DNA of 64,000 nucleotides from a virus. The stretch lies in the IMG/VR virus record IMGVR_UViG_3300049783_001054, positions 1-64,000 of that record; one strand, given 5' to 3'. A program made the translations under genes and the position numbers. Below are positions 1 to 9,798 of this stretch, piece by piece (positions within the stretch are counted from its first letter, which is position 1; each line of letters starts with the position of its first letter). The notes beneath the pieces are model-generated. The model made no database searches. It was not told the origin of the DNA and worked only from the letters and a program-made list of their open reading frames with translations.

Positions 1-1
1 T

Positions 2-1165
2 CTCAATAAAGATGATCAAGAAGTTGATTATGATGAATTGTCAGATGAAGCTTTTATGAAGCTTGATCCACCTACAACAATCACTGAAGAGGAAGAAGTT
101 TCTGATGTTATTGAACCCAATACAGATGATGATCAATCTACTGATGATCCTGTTACCACTGAAGATGTGGCAGATGAATCTGAATCCTCAACAGAAGACG
201 GTGAAGAGGGTGAGGTTATTGAACCAACCCCAGAGATTCCAGATGAAGCACCAGAAGTTCCTGAAGAATCAAACGAACTTGAGGAACTCGAATCAAAAGA
301 TAAAAAGACAGACAAGAAAGCATTAGATACTAAATCTACTGATGCAATTGATTTCTTTGAGAAAGTCTCTGCACCTTTCAAAGCTGACGGAAAGACGATG
401 CAAGTCCGTACATCTGAAGATGCAATTCGTCTTATGCAGATGGGAGTTAATTACTCTCGTCGTTTACATGAAATGAAACCTCTTCGTGCACAGGACCAAA
501 TGCTTCGTCAAAATGGGTTAAATGACCCAGAAAAGCTAAACTACCTTATTGATCTTTATAAGGGAAATAAGGAAGCTATTAAAAAGCTACTTATTGACCA
601 TAAGATTGATCCTATTGATGTTGATACTTCGACTGACGATACAGTGTATCGTGCAAACGATTATCAGGTTGATCCTAAAGATTCTGCGTTTGATGAAGCT
701 ATCAAAGAAACTCTAGCACAGGATGGGGGTAATAGTCTGATCTCAGATATTAACTCAGATTGGGATGGTACTTCTAAGGAAGCTCTTAGAGAGCAACCAA
801 GTATTTTTCAGAATATACTTGCACAAAGACAATCAGGGGTTTATGCAAAGATTAAGACTGAGTTAGATTACCAGAAAACAATGGGTTATTTATCCGATGT
901 TCCTTTTCTTTCTGCCTACTACCAAGTTGGTGAAGCAATGGAAAAGGCTGGTGTGTTTAAACCTAAAGACCAACCAGTAGAAAAGAAATCTATTGGCACT
1001 GGCACCCGGAAGGCTGCTCTCAAGCCGAAGACTGAGCAACCCAATCCAAACGTCTCATCGGCAATTCAACCCCGATCTGCTCCAGCAAATGCTGGCGGAC
1101 AACATACTGTAACTGATTATTCGTCTATGTCGGATGAAGATTTCTTAAAGATGTCTCCACCTTGA
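2..1165 (+). CDS. N4 gp57-like protein (acidic, probable scaffold/assembly protein), 5'-truncated by the window
   Basis: Frame is open from nt 2 (LNKDDQEVDYDELSDEAF...). Acidic N-terminus, core APFKADGK...AIRLMQMGVNY, lies directly upstream of the major capsid gene as in N4-like phages. Confidence 0.75.
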   Translation, partial: LNKDDQEVDYDELSDEAFMKLDPPTTITEEEEVSDVIEPNTDDDQSTDDPVTTEDVADESESSTEDGEEGEVIEPTPEIPDEAPEVPEESNELEELESKDKKTDKKALDTKSTDAIDFFEKVSAPFKADGKTMQVRTSEDAIRLMQMGVNYSRRLHEMKPLRAQDQMLRQNGLNDPEKLNYLIDLYKGNKEAIKKLLIDHKIDPIDVDTSTDDTVYRANDYQVDPKDSAFDEAIKETLAQDGGNSLISDINSDWDGTSKEALREQPSIFQNILAQRQSGVYAKIKTELDYQKTMGYLSDVPFLSAYYQVGEAMEKAGVFKPKDQPVEKKSIGTGTRKAALKPKTEQPNPNVSSAIQPRSAPANAGGQHTVTDYSSMSDEDFLKMSPP

Positions 1166-1205
1166 ATAGCGTAAATCTAATTGAGAAGTTTGAAAAGGAA
1201 ACACA

Positions 1206-2642
1206 ATGGCTCAACTTTATAACGCCCCTCCGGGTACCGCTTCGACTGTAGGTACACAGTTCAACACAGACTATTGGGATCGTAGATCTCTTATTGATGC
1301 GGCTGAGAAGATGTTCTTCAGCCCGTTAGCTGATGTTCGTTCTATGCCAATGCACTATGGTAAAGAGCTTAAAGTTTATTACTACACCCCAATGCTTGAT
1401 TCGCGTAACGTGAATGATCAGGGTCTTGATGCTGCTGGTGTTGTGCTTGCAAGTACTAGTTCTCTGGTGGTTTTCCCACGTACCGTAGTCACTGTTGCGG
1501 ATGCTACGAAAGCTGCTGCTGTCACAGCCATTGAGGCTAATACAGGCAGTGTCATCACTGCTGTTGCTGGTGCTGATGGTTCTGGTGGTACAGGTCTTGC
1601 TACTATCACTCTCAGCGGTGGTTTGATCGCTACTTACACAAATGCTGCGGCTGCTACTGTGAAAGCTTTGGCTGTTGGTGCTGTTGTAAGTGTGAATGGT
1701 GGTAATATGTATGGTTCGTCTAAGGACGTTGGTACTATTTCCTCACGTATGCCTACACTGACAGAAGAAGGTGGACGTGTTAACCGAGTTGGTTTCACCC
1801 GTCTTGAGCGTTCTGGTACACTTCAGGAGCATGGCTTTTTCTCAGAATTCTCTGCGGATTCAATGACTTTCGATACGGACTCTGAACTTTACAGTCACAT
1901 GTCTCGTGAGATGGTTGCTGGTGCCAATGAGATTACTGAGGATCTTCTTCAGATTGATCTACTGTCTAACTCTGACACTGTGTTCTATACAGGTGTTGCG
2001 ACACAGGATAGTGAGATGACTGGTGAAGGTGCTAATCCTTCGGTTGTGACTTACTCAGACTTAAAGAAGCTTAGTATTGTTCTTGATGATAATCGTACTC
2101 CAAAAAGTACGAAAGTTATTAAAGGTTCTACTATGACAGATACCATGACCGTTAATGCTTCTCGCATTATGTATATTGGTTCTGAGCTTCAGATTACCGT
2201 TGAAAATATGGTTGATGGTCTTGGTAATCCGGCGTTTGTTCCAGTGCGTAAGTATGCTTCTGCTGCTACGATTATGAATGGTGAACTTGGTTCTGTTGGT
2301 GACTTCAGAATTATCGTTGTGCCAAACATGATGCACTGGGAAGGTGCTGGTGGTGTCGCATCTGGCTCGAACCTTGGCTACTCAGACGATGGTACTAACT
2401 ACAACATCTACCCAATGCTGGTGGTTGGTGATGGTTCGTTTGCCACTGTTGGTCTTCAGGGTTCTGGTAAGAAAGGCGCAAAACAGAAATTTAAGATTAT
2501 CGTTAAGAAGCCGGGACCGGATATGGCCACTGTCCAAGATCCTTACGGTAAGATTGGGTTTAGCTCAATTACCTTCTATCACGGCTTTATCAAGCTGCGT
2601 GGGGAACGTATTGGTCTTGTGAAGACTGTTGCGGCTGAGTAA
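1206..2642 (+). CDS. Major capsid protein (N4 gp56-like)
   Basis: N4 MCP motifs MPMHYGKELKVYYY, NVNDQGLDA, GNMYGSSKD, EEGGRVNRVGFTR, DPYGKIGFSSI; RBS AAGGAA upstream; terminator downstream. Confidence 0.95.
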   Translation: MAQLYNAPPGTASTVGTQFNTDYWDRRSLIDAAEKMFFSPLADVRSMPMHYGKELKVYYYTPMLDSRNVNDQGLDAAGVVLASTSSLVVFPRTVVTVADATKAAAVTAIEANTGSVITAVAGADGSGGTGLATITLSGGLIATYTNAAAATVKALAVGAVVSVNGGNMYGSSKDVGTISSRMPTLTEEGGRVNRVGFTRLERSGTLQEHGFFSEFSADSMTFDTDSELYSHMSREMVAGANEITEDLLQIDLLSNSDTVFYTGVATQDSEMTGEGANPSVVTYSDLKKLSIVLDDNRTPKSTKVIKGSTMTDTMTVNASRIMYIGSELQITVENMVDGLGNPAFVPVRKYASAATIMNGELGSVGDFRIIVVPNMMHWEGAGGVASGSNLGYSDDGTNYNIYPMLVVGDGSFATVGLQGSGKKGAKQKFKIIVKKPGPDMATVQDPYGKIGFSSITFYHGFIKLRGERIGLVKTVAAE

Positions 2643-2655
2643 TTTTAACTATACT

Positions 2656-2684
2656 GAGGAGGGGGTAAAACCTCTCCTCTTTTT
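2656..2684 (+). terminator. Intrinsic terminator after the capsid gene
   Basis: GAGGAGGGGG-TAAAA-CCTCTCCTC followed by TTTTT. Confidence 0.85.
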
Positions 2685-2706
2685 CTTAATTTCTTAACAG
2701 AAAGAA

Positions 2707-3390
2707 ATGATAATGAATATCAATGACCTTACAACCGATGAGGCTATTACAGCCATCACGGCAATGAAAACTATCGAAGAACTCCGCGATGTTGCTAGAG
2801 TTATTGGCATTAAGTATTCTGGTAATTCAGGTGAAAGTGTTATTAGAGCTAATCTAATTAGTGCACTTAAATCTCAAGAAACCAAACTTCCAGATTTTGG
2901 AGGTGAAGACTTTGATGAAACCCAGATTCAGACAGCACCTGCTCGACCTAAAAAAGGTCCGAGTGCGAGCGAAATTCTTAATATGGACCCAAATACAATT
3001 TCTGATCCACAGCTTTTACGTCAAGTTGTTAGAGGTAAATCTTTAAGATTGCATCGTGTTAGAATTACAAATTTAGACCCAAGTGATGCTCAATTAGATG
3101 GTGCAATTATCACTGTCATTAATAAATATACAGGTAAAGTCTCTAAGTATGTTCCTTATGGGGATGACGATGCACCTAACGGTTATCATATTCCTGAGAT
3201 TCTTTTGAACCATTTGAAGAATCAAAAGTTTCCTCTTCGTAGAGAAATCAAGGGTGGTGCCTTTGGTGTAAAGAAATATAAGACTAGCATGATTAACAAG
3301 TTTGCAATTGAACATTTGCCAATGCTAACTCAGAAAGAGTTAAATGAACTTGCTAGTCATCAAAAAGCTGCTAACGCTATCGACACGTAA
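2707..3390 (+). CDS. N4 gp55-like protein
   Basis: Synteny; motifs GIKYSGNSG, RVRITNLDP, FAIEHLPMLTQKEL typical of gp55 homologues. Confidence 0.8.
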   Translation: MIMNINDLTTDEAITAITAMKTIEELRDVARVIGIKYSGNSGESVIRANLISALKSQETKLPDFGGEDFDETQIQTAPARPKKGPSASEILNMDPNTISDPQLLRQVVRGKSLRLHRVRITNLDPSDAQLDGAIITVINKYTGKVSKYVPYGDDDAPNGYHIPEILLNHLKNQKFPLRREIKGGAFGVKKYKTSMINKFAIEHLPMLTQKELNELASHQKAANAIDT

Positions 3391-3421
3391 TTTATAATAA
3401 ACTGAGAGAGGTACAATAGAG

Positions 3422-4450
3422 ATGGCAATTACCGATTGTAATGCAGATGAGCGGGCTAACTCCCTATTTACCTCTCTCACTACAGATTCCCCCACAATAC
3501 CTGTTATTGATTTAAGCAGCCCAGAGTTTTCCTACAGTAAGGATTTAACTTCTGATGTTTATACTGACACTATTGCTGTTACTTTAGATCAACTAACAGA
3601 GGTTGATTTAGAAGGCTCTGGTGTGTTTGATAAACTCATGCAAGCAATGGATATCCATATCCAGCGTGAGTTTAAAAACAACAGAATTACAGGAGATCAG
3701 TATGCAAAAGTCTACACTGAAATCTCTACAAGTGTTTTAAACCAATCTGTTTCATTCCTTTTAGCCAAGGAAGAGTCTAAGTGGTCTTCTATCACTGCAC
3801 AGATGAAAGCCCGTGTTGCTGAAATTGAAGCTACTGAAGCTCTCATTAAGCTTGAGGCTACTAAAGCTGATGCTCAGAAATCAGTATTCGATATGCAGAA
3901 TGCAGGTGCACAGTATGCTCTTACTAAGATGCAGATTGCTAATGCTGATGCTTCTTACTGTCTTACTTCTGTACAGTTTGATACAGCACAGTTTCAATTA
4001 ACTGAGATGCTTCCTGTCACGCTTAATAAAGAAAAACACTTACTAACTCTTCAATTACCTGCTCAAACTAATCTCCTTCTTGAGCAGCGTGAGACTCAAC
4101 GTGCACAGACACTTGATCTTAGGTCTGATGGTGTTACCACAGTCTCTGGTCTCGTAGGTAGACAAGCTAACCTACTTCAGGAGCAAGTCGAGAGTGAACG
4201 TGCAAAGACTATGGATTCTCGTTCAGACGGGTCCACCATCATTCTTGGTTCAATCGGTAAACAGAAGGATCTTTACACTCAGCAGATTGATAGCTTTGCA
4301 AAAGATTCTAAACAGAAAGCTGCTAAGATGTATCTTGATGGTTGGATTACGCAGAAGACATTAGATGAGAATCTTCTTGCTCCAACTGAGCTTAGTGTAG
4401 ATTCGGTTAGTAATGTTCTTCTCGCTATTCGTAACAACAATGGTCTGTAA
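3422..4450 (+). CDS. N4 gp54-like virion structural protein
   Basis: Synteny; GSGVFDKLM...RITGDQYA and GKQKDLYTQQIDSF...WITQKTLDE motifs. Confidence 0.8.
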   Translation: MAITDCNADERANSLFTSLTTDSPTIPVIDLSSPEFSYSKDLTSDVYTDTIAVTLDQLTEVDLEGSGVFDKLMQAMDIHIQREFKNNRITGDQYAKVYTEISTSVLNQSVSFLLAKEESKWSSITAQMKARVAEIEATEALIKLEATKADAQKSVFDMQNAGAQYALTKMQIANADASYCLTSVQFDTAQFQLTEMLPVTLNKEKHLLTLQLPAQTNLLLEQRETQRAQTLDLRSDGVTTVSGLVGRQANLLQEQVESERAKTMDSRSDGSTIILGSIGKQKDLYTQQIDSFAKDSKQKAAKMYLDGWITQKTLDENLLAPTELSVDSVSNVLLAIRNNNGL

Positions 4451-4464
4451 GGGGTTTAATTACC

Positions 4465-7239
4465 ATGGGTCTTTTTAGTGGTAGTAAACAGGTATATGTC
4501 TCATCATCAGTATATAATTTATCTGGTGATGAGATTGACCGTCCAAATTATTTAAAAACAAATGTTTTCTCAGCAGTAACCAATGGTAGTAATAACTATC
4601 TTGGAGAAACTATAATTAGTAGTTATTTAAATGGTCCGGGTATCATGCAGCGGTCATTTTTTAACTGGTCTGTTAATAATGATATTGCAGGACTTCCAAC
4701 ACTATTAGTTGAAGACAATGTTTCATTGCCTCAAGCTACAGTTGTTCCATTTATCCCTATCCCTGTGAGTCCTGTAGGTCTTGTGAATGTAGTTCAAAGT
4801 GTCGAACTTACAGATGGTGATTATGAATATTGGGCTGAAAAGTGGTTATTTGAAAATGATCCTGCGGAACTTTCAAACTTGTGGATTTCAGATTATGACT
4901 CCACAACTCACACAATTGCTATTCAATATGCTGATGGAAATGTTGTAAACATACCTGCAACAGATTACAGCAGTGTGGAAAAGTTTATCATTGCTAGGTA
5001 CTACCAAACAATACCTGAAGTTATTGAGACTTTAAACCAAGGTACTAAAACTACAGGAGTTTACTCTCGTCCAAATACAACAGGTTATACCTTAGACTCT
5101 ACTGTGAATACTGGAGTAGTCAGTTATAGTTTAGACCAAGATATTGATGTAGTGAAAGAGTATTCTGACGGATCTCCTACTATCACTGAGCCAACAGACT
5201 CAGTTACTATCAGTGAAAGCTTTAATGGTATTTTAGAGACTTGGGTTAAAAGTGAGTATGTTGGGTCTACTTCAGCAGCAGATGACACATCTACAGTGCA
5301 AAGTTGGATATACATTTGGACCTACAGAGAGATTTATGTAGATGGTGTTGGTACTACAGATGTAGTTGTAAATGATTTAGGTGGGGGTGATACCGAGACT
5401 GTAACTACAACCACTACAGGAGATTTTATCCGTGAAGTTATTGACCATCAATATGATAATCAAGAAACTATTTTAGAAAAAGTTGCAGGTAATAAAGGTA
5501 TTTGGATTTACCAAGTTGGTTCAGGTAATGCAATTCTTGATGTAGCTGTAGAATCTGTAAGTGTTGTGTCAAATCCCGGATATTACCCTTTCATACCTTT
5601 AAGGTTAGATAACAAATCTATAACTGAGCCAGCTTATGATGACATTACTGGTTCTGGTTTATTTAAAGAAAGTAAGAAAGCTTATAAGCGGGCTACTGGC
5701 GGTCCAATGAAAGGTAAGAGCATAGAGGACATCCTTACACAAGTTGAGGATAATCCCTCTATTGGGGATGTTGATTATGCCTACATTCAGTGGGGTGTTT
5801 CTGTAAACGCTATTGATCCTGCTTGTCGTCGTTATATGTATAAATGGTTCCAAAATATGATTGGGTATCAAAGTACTTCAGCTACGTCTATGACTGATTT
5901 TACTACATCTGTTAACACTTATGATGCTATGTATGCAGCCTCACAGACTTGGTTAGCAGCTCAGTATTATGATCCTAATGACCCATTGTCTGTTAAAGAT
6001 CCTCTTTTTGGTACCCCCAAACCACCAACACCTACCATTGTAGAACCTCCAAGATCTACTGTTAGATTAGTATCTGATCATCCTGATCTTTTGGGATTTG
6101 ATAATCGTTTTACATGGGTAAGTATTATAGAAACTAACCACACTGGTTTAGGTAAATTAGATGCGGTAGATGGAGATATTTGGTTTGAGAATTCTGATGC
6201 TTTAACTTGGACTATTAAAACTGGTACATTCACCCGAGATACTTTTGATACTAGCTATGTGATACCTCGTTCTCTCGATCAGATGACACTCTTTAAACAG
6301 ACAAGTGCAAGCACATACTCAAAGTTAACTATTTGGGGTATGGTGCATGAAAACTTTATCTATGGAGGTAAGTCTGTAAGAACTACTCTTAAAGATGGTG
6401 TTGCAGATGTTGATGAATCTGTGTTCATTATTCCTTTACATAATCCGACTGTCAAATCATTAGGAATTAAAGACTTTACACAACTATCATTGTCTAACAC
6501 TTTTATCACTTTTAACTCATATCAAGTTGTTAAACAAAAGTGGTATGAAAGTTTTGTTGTGATGCTGATTGTAATGATTGTCATCATTGTACTTGTAGCT
6601 TTGTTTGCTCCAATTACTTTAGGTGCAGCACCCGGTTTGTTAGGTACGAATGCTGCTGTAGGTACAGCCGTAGGGTTAACTGGTGTATCTGCTGCCATAG
6701 CAGGTGCTGCTATTAATGCTGTTGCAGGTGTTATTCTTGCTATGGTTATCACTGAAGTTGCAACCAGTATCTTTGGTGAAAAACTGGGAGCTATTATTGG
6801 TGCTATTGTAAGTTTTGCTATCACATATGGAATAAGTAGTGGTGGTTCATTTTCTGTTGCTGCTAATAATTTATTAGATGCACAGACATTATTAAGTATC
6901 ACATCTGCTATTGCTAATGGATACTCTGGTTATGTTAAAGCTGAAGGTTTAGAGATTCAAGCAGACATGGAAGATGCTCAAAATGTCTATGATAAAGCTG
7001 TAGAGGGTATTGAAGAACTTATGAGGTCTATGGGATTATATAATGACTTACTTTTTAATCCGTTATCCCTTACAGATAGCGTCAAAGGTAACAGTAAAAA
7101 AACTAATGGAAGCTACGTACCAGAGACTGTCGATCAATTCATTGGTAGAACTACCATGAGTGGTTCAGAGATTGCAGATATTACACTTTCTATGGTATCT
7201 AACTATTCAGAATTTCAACTTACACTTCCAAAAACTTAA
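4465..7239 (+). CDS. N4 gp53-like structural protein with C-terminal hydrophobic helices
   Basis: Starts MGLFSGSKQVYVSSSVYNL; YPFIPLRLDN, DNPSIGDVDYAY; hydrophobic/Gly-Ala segments near the C-terminus; synteny. Confidence 0.8.
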   Translation: MGLFSGSKQVYVSSSVYNLSGDEIDRPNYLKTNVFSAVTNGSNNYLGETIISSYLNGPGIMQRSFFNWSVNNDIAGLPTLLVEDNVSLPQATVVPFIPIPVSPVGLVNVVQSVELTDGDYEYWAEKWLFENDPAELSNLWISDYDSTTHTIAIQYADGNVVNIPATDYSSVEKFIIARYYQTIPEVIETLNQGTKTTGVYSRPNTTGYTLDSTVNTGVVSYSLDQDIDVVKEYSDGSPTITEPTDSVTISESFNGILETWVKSEYVGSTSAADDTSTVQSWIYIWTYREIYVDGVGTTDVVVNDLGGGDTETVTTTTTGDFIREVIDHQYDNQETILEKVAGNKGIWIYQVGSGNAILDVAVESVSVVSNPGYYPFIPLRLDNKSITEPAYDDITGSGLFKESKKAYKRATGGPMKGKSIEDILTQVEDNPSIGDVDYAYIQWGVSVNAIDPACRRYMYKWFQNMIGYQSTSATSMTDFTTSVNTYDAMYAASQTWLAAQYYDPNDPLSVKDPLFGTPKPPTPTIVEPPRSTVRLVSDHPDLLGFDNRFTWVSIIETNHTGLGKLDAVDGDIWFENSDALTWTIKTGTFTRDTFDTSYVIPRSLDQMTLFKQTSASTYSKLTIWGMVHENFIYGGKSVRTTLKDGVADVDESVFIIPLHNPTVKSLGIKDFTQLSLSNTFITFNSYQVVKQKWYESFVVMLIVMIVIIVLVALFAPITLGAAPGLLGTNAAVGTAVGLTGVSAAIAGAAINAVAGVILAMVITEVATSIFGEKLGAIIGAIVSFAITYGISSGGSFSVAANNLLDAQTLLSITSAIANGYSGYVKAEGLEIQADMEDAQNVYDKAVEGIEELMRSMGLYNDLLFNPLSLTDSVKGNSKKTNGSYVPETVDQFIGRTTMSGSEIADITLSMVSNYSEFQLTLPKT

Positions 7240-7253
7240 AGAAAGGAAATCAG

Positions 7254-7688
7254 ATGTTTTCAAATCAATTTTCAAACCCATCTAGTGGTCTTCAATTTCC
7301 TGCAATGGCAGGTTTGTCTTCTACTGGTCAGCAAGCTGCTGTTTCACAAGGAACAGGAAATCCTGCTATGTTTAGTGCTACAGAACAAGGTACTATCTTC
7401 AATAACCAAACTGGTGCTACACAATCACCCGGTATGTTTGGTCAAGGTGGTTATGCTCAGATGGGTATCAGTGCTATTGGTACTCTTGGTTCTCTTTGGA
7501 ATAGTTTTCAGCAAAGTAAACTTGCAAAGAAATCCTTACAATTCCAAGAGAAAACTTTTGAAACCAATCTTGGGAACCAAACCAAGACTTACAATACTGA
7601 ATTAGAAGATAGAATCCGTACACGATATGCTGCTGAAGGTCGTGATTCTGGTGCTGCTGATTCTTATATTGCAAAGAATAAATTGTAA
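7254..7688 (+). CDS. N4 gp52-like small ejection/structural protein
   Basis: Size 144 aa, YNTELEDRIRTRY motif, synteny. Confidence 0.8.
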   Translation: MFSNQFSNPSSGLQFPAMAGLSSTGQQAAVSQGTGNPAMFSATEQGTIFNNQTGATQSPGMFGQGGYAQMGISAIGTLGSLWNSFQQSKLAKKSLQFQEKTFETNLGNQTKTYNTELEDRIRTRYAAEGRDSGAADSYIAKNKL

Positions 7689-7700
7689 GGGATTCCTACC

Positions 7701-9716
7701 ATGGCACGTTTAACCATTGATCAAATTAAAGCTCCTGATCTCTCAGTTGCTTCAGCGGCTACAACCCGTGCAGGGGAATCCTTTCAACAGGGGGTTTCCA
7801 ATGCTTCGGATCTTTTAAGCAAGTATCAAACTGGTCTAGAGGAAAGAGGTGACGCAGAACTTACTGGATTACTTGCTGGTGCAAAGAATGAAGATGAGTG
7901 GAATTCTGTTTTAGATTCTACTGATTTTTCTAAATTAACTATCTCTCCAGCTATGCGCCAACAGATTATTGATCGTCGTACCAAAGTCCTTGGTTATGAT
8001 AAGGATCGTGCTTCTATTGCTGGAACTGAAGCAACAACTAATTTTACTAATAATCAAGCTGCAACAGAACTTTTTAGACCTGCTAAATTAAGAGCTGATA
8101 CCAACGAAACTATTGCAAATACTGCTGGTATCAGAGTTCGTACAGATATTGCTTCTGATGTTAATGATCGTGCTGGTGTAAGCCATGCACAGGATATCAG
8201 ACTTAGAGAAGCTGCTGAAGGTCGAACAGTTGATGATTATGGACGTAAAGTTGATAAATATACCTCTGATCTTGCTAATACAAATGCTGAGAATGCTTTA
8301 GGAGATGACACTGCTCAGGCAAGGTATGATCAGTGGTTACGTGGTAAAGGTTTATCATCTCCAGCTTCAGATACACTTTCTGCTGCTGTATCCCCTTCAA
8401 ATGGTGGATCTACAGTACCTACTTCTCCAGTAGTTAGTAAAGCTGATGTCGCTCTTAGGTCTGCTGCGGGAGAGTTTACACCTGCTGTGATTGATCCAAA
8501 AAAAGCACAAGAACTTAATGATGCATACGACATGCCAGAACATAATTTTCCTGATGCAAGTGTTCAAACATATCGAGAAGAGTTTCCTGATTTAGAGAAT
8601 AAAATAAAAGCTTGGTCTGAAAGTCAGTATGGTGAAACTGTCACTTTAAAACAGTATATGGATAGTAATGGAATTCGAAAATTGTACCAAAGTCACAGGA
8701 GATCTGCTGTTGGTGGGAATAGCAATATTGAAACACCTACAGGTGGTGACGCAAATTCAACAATTTCTGTTGCAGGTTCAAGTGCAACACCACCTAATAC
8801 TAGATCTGATAGTCAGATAGATCAAGATTATGTAGATAGCATTTTAAGAGCTAAAAATCTAACTGCAAGTCAACGAGATAACATCTTAGGTAAGTACCTT
8901 GATTCTGTTGATAGTGCTGATACTAAAGTTAAACAAGCTGACACAGTAAGATTTAATGAGGAATTAGCTTCTGTAATTCAAAAAGCTAGTGAACAGTTTA
9001 CTAACCCAGTTGATGCTGCTAACTATGTTAAAGCAAACATACCTGAAGGTACTAAAGAGCAAAGATTAGCGGCATACAATGCTGCTGGTACTTCTGCACA
9101 AGATGGTGGGCAGTTTAGTGCTGCAATCCTTAAGTTTGGATTACCCGGTTTGTCTTCAGAAGATCAAGGTATGGCTACATCTCTTGTTGAAGATTTAAGA
9201 GAAAAGCAATTATCTGATCCAAACTTAGTTGCATACTCTGAGTCTACTAAATTTGAAGATGATCCTGTAACTGCTTTAACCGCAGCATTAAAAGGATTTA
9301 GTATAACTGCAAAAACTGCTGATATTGATGCTGCTATTAATTGGGTTGCTGAAAAAGCAGAAGTTACCCGTGGACAAGCTGCTTGGGCATATGCTCGTGC
9401 AGCAGGCGGAGAATGGGCTATCAATAGAACTGCTGGTGTATTTGGTGATAACTTGAGTAACTATACAGCAAAAGATCTTGCTGAGACTCATTTCTCCAAA
9501 GGTCTTAGTAGTGAATCTAGAAGAACTTTAGCTGATAGTAAACTTGTTTTAACTAGACTTACAGGACTCACTGATAGGTTAGGGGGTATTGAAGAAAGGA
9601 TTCAAAAAACTGTAGGTTTAGGAAAAACTGTACCTGCTAGTATGATTACATCAAGAGATGAGGCTAGAAAGTCTCTTGTAGATTTTATTCAGACATACCG
9701 ACCACAAAATAAGTAA
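7701..9716 (+). CDS. N4 gp51-like ejection protein
   Basis: Starts MARLT...APDLS; Ala/Ser/Thr-rich, no Cys seen; between gp52 and vRNAP. Confidence 0.7.
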   Translation: MARLTIDQIKAPDLSVASAATTRAGESFQQGVSNASDLLSKYQTGLEERGDAELTGLLAGAKNEDEWNSVLDSTDFSKLTISPAMRQQIIDRRTKVLGYDKDRASIAGTEATTNFTNNQAATELFRPAKLRADTNETIANTAGIRVRTDIASDVNDRAGVSHAQDIRLREAAEGRTVDDYGRKVDKYTSDLANTNAENALGDDTAQARYDQWLRGKGLSSPASDTLSAAVSPSNGGSTVPTSPVVSKADVALRSAAGEFTPAVIDPKKAQELNDAYDMPEHNFPDASVQTYREEFPDLENKIKAWSESQYGETVTLKQYMDSNGIRKLYQSHRRSAVGGNSNIETPTGGDANSTISVAGSSATPPNTRSDSQIDQDYVDSILRAKNLTASQRDNILGKYLDSVDSADTKVKQADTVRFNEELASVIQKASEQFTNPVDAANYVKANIPEGTKEQRLAAYNAAGTSAQDGGQFSAAILKFGLPGLSSEDQGMATSLVEDLREKQLSDPNLVAYSESTKFEDDPVTALTAALKGFSITAKTADIDAAINWVAEKAEVTRGQAAWAYARAAGGEWAINRTAGVFGDNLSNYTAKDLAETHFSKGLSSESRRTLADSKLVLTRLTGLTDRLGGIEERIQKTVGLGKTVPASMITSRDEARKSLVDFIQTYRPQNK

Positions 9717-9732
9717 AATAATATTTTGTTTA

Positions 9733-9768
9733 TTTACAGGGCTGGTAAAATTCTACCAGTCCTGTAAA
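9733..9768. promoter_or_regulatory. Long stem-loop upstream of the vRNAP gene
   Basis: TTTACAGGGCTGGTA-AAATTC-TACCAGTCCTGTAAA; no U tract after it on either strand. Confidence 0.55.
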
Positions 9769-9798
9769 AGGGATTAAACCTTATAAGGAATCCTACTT

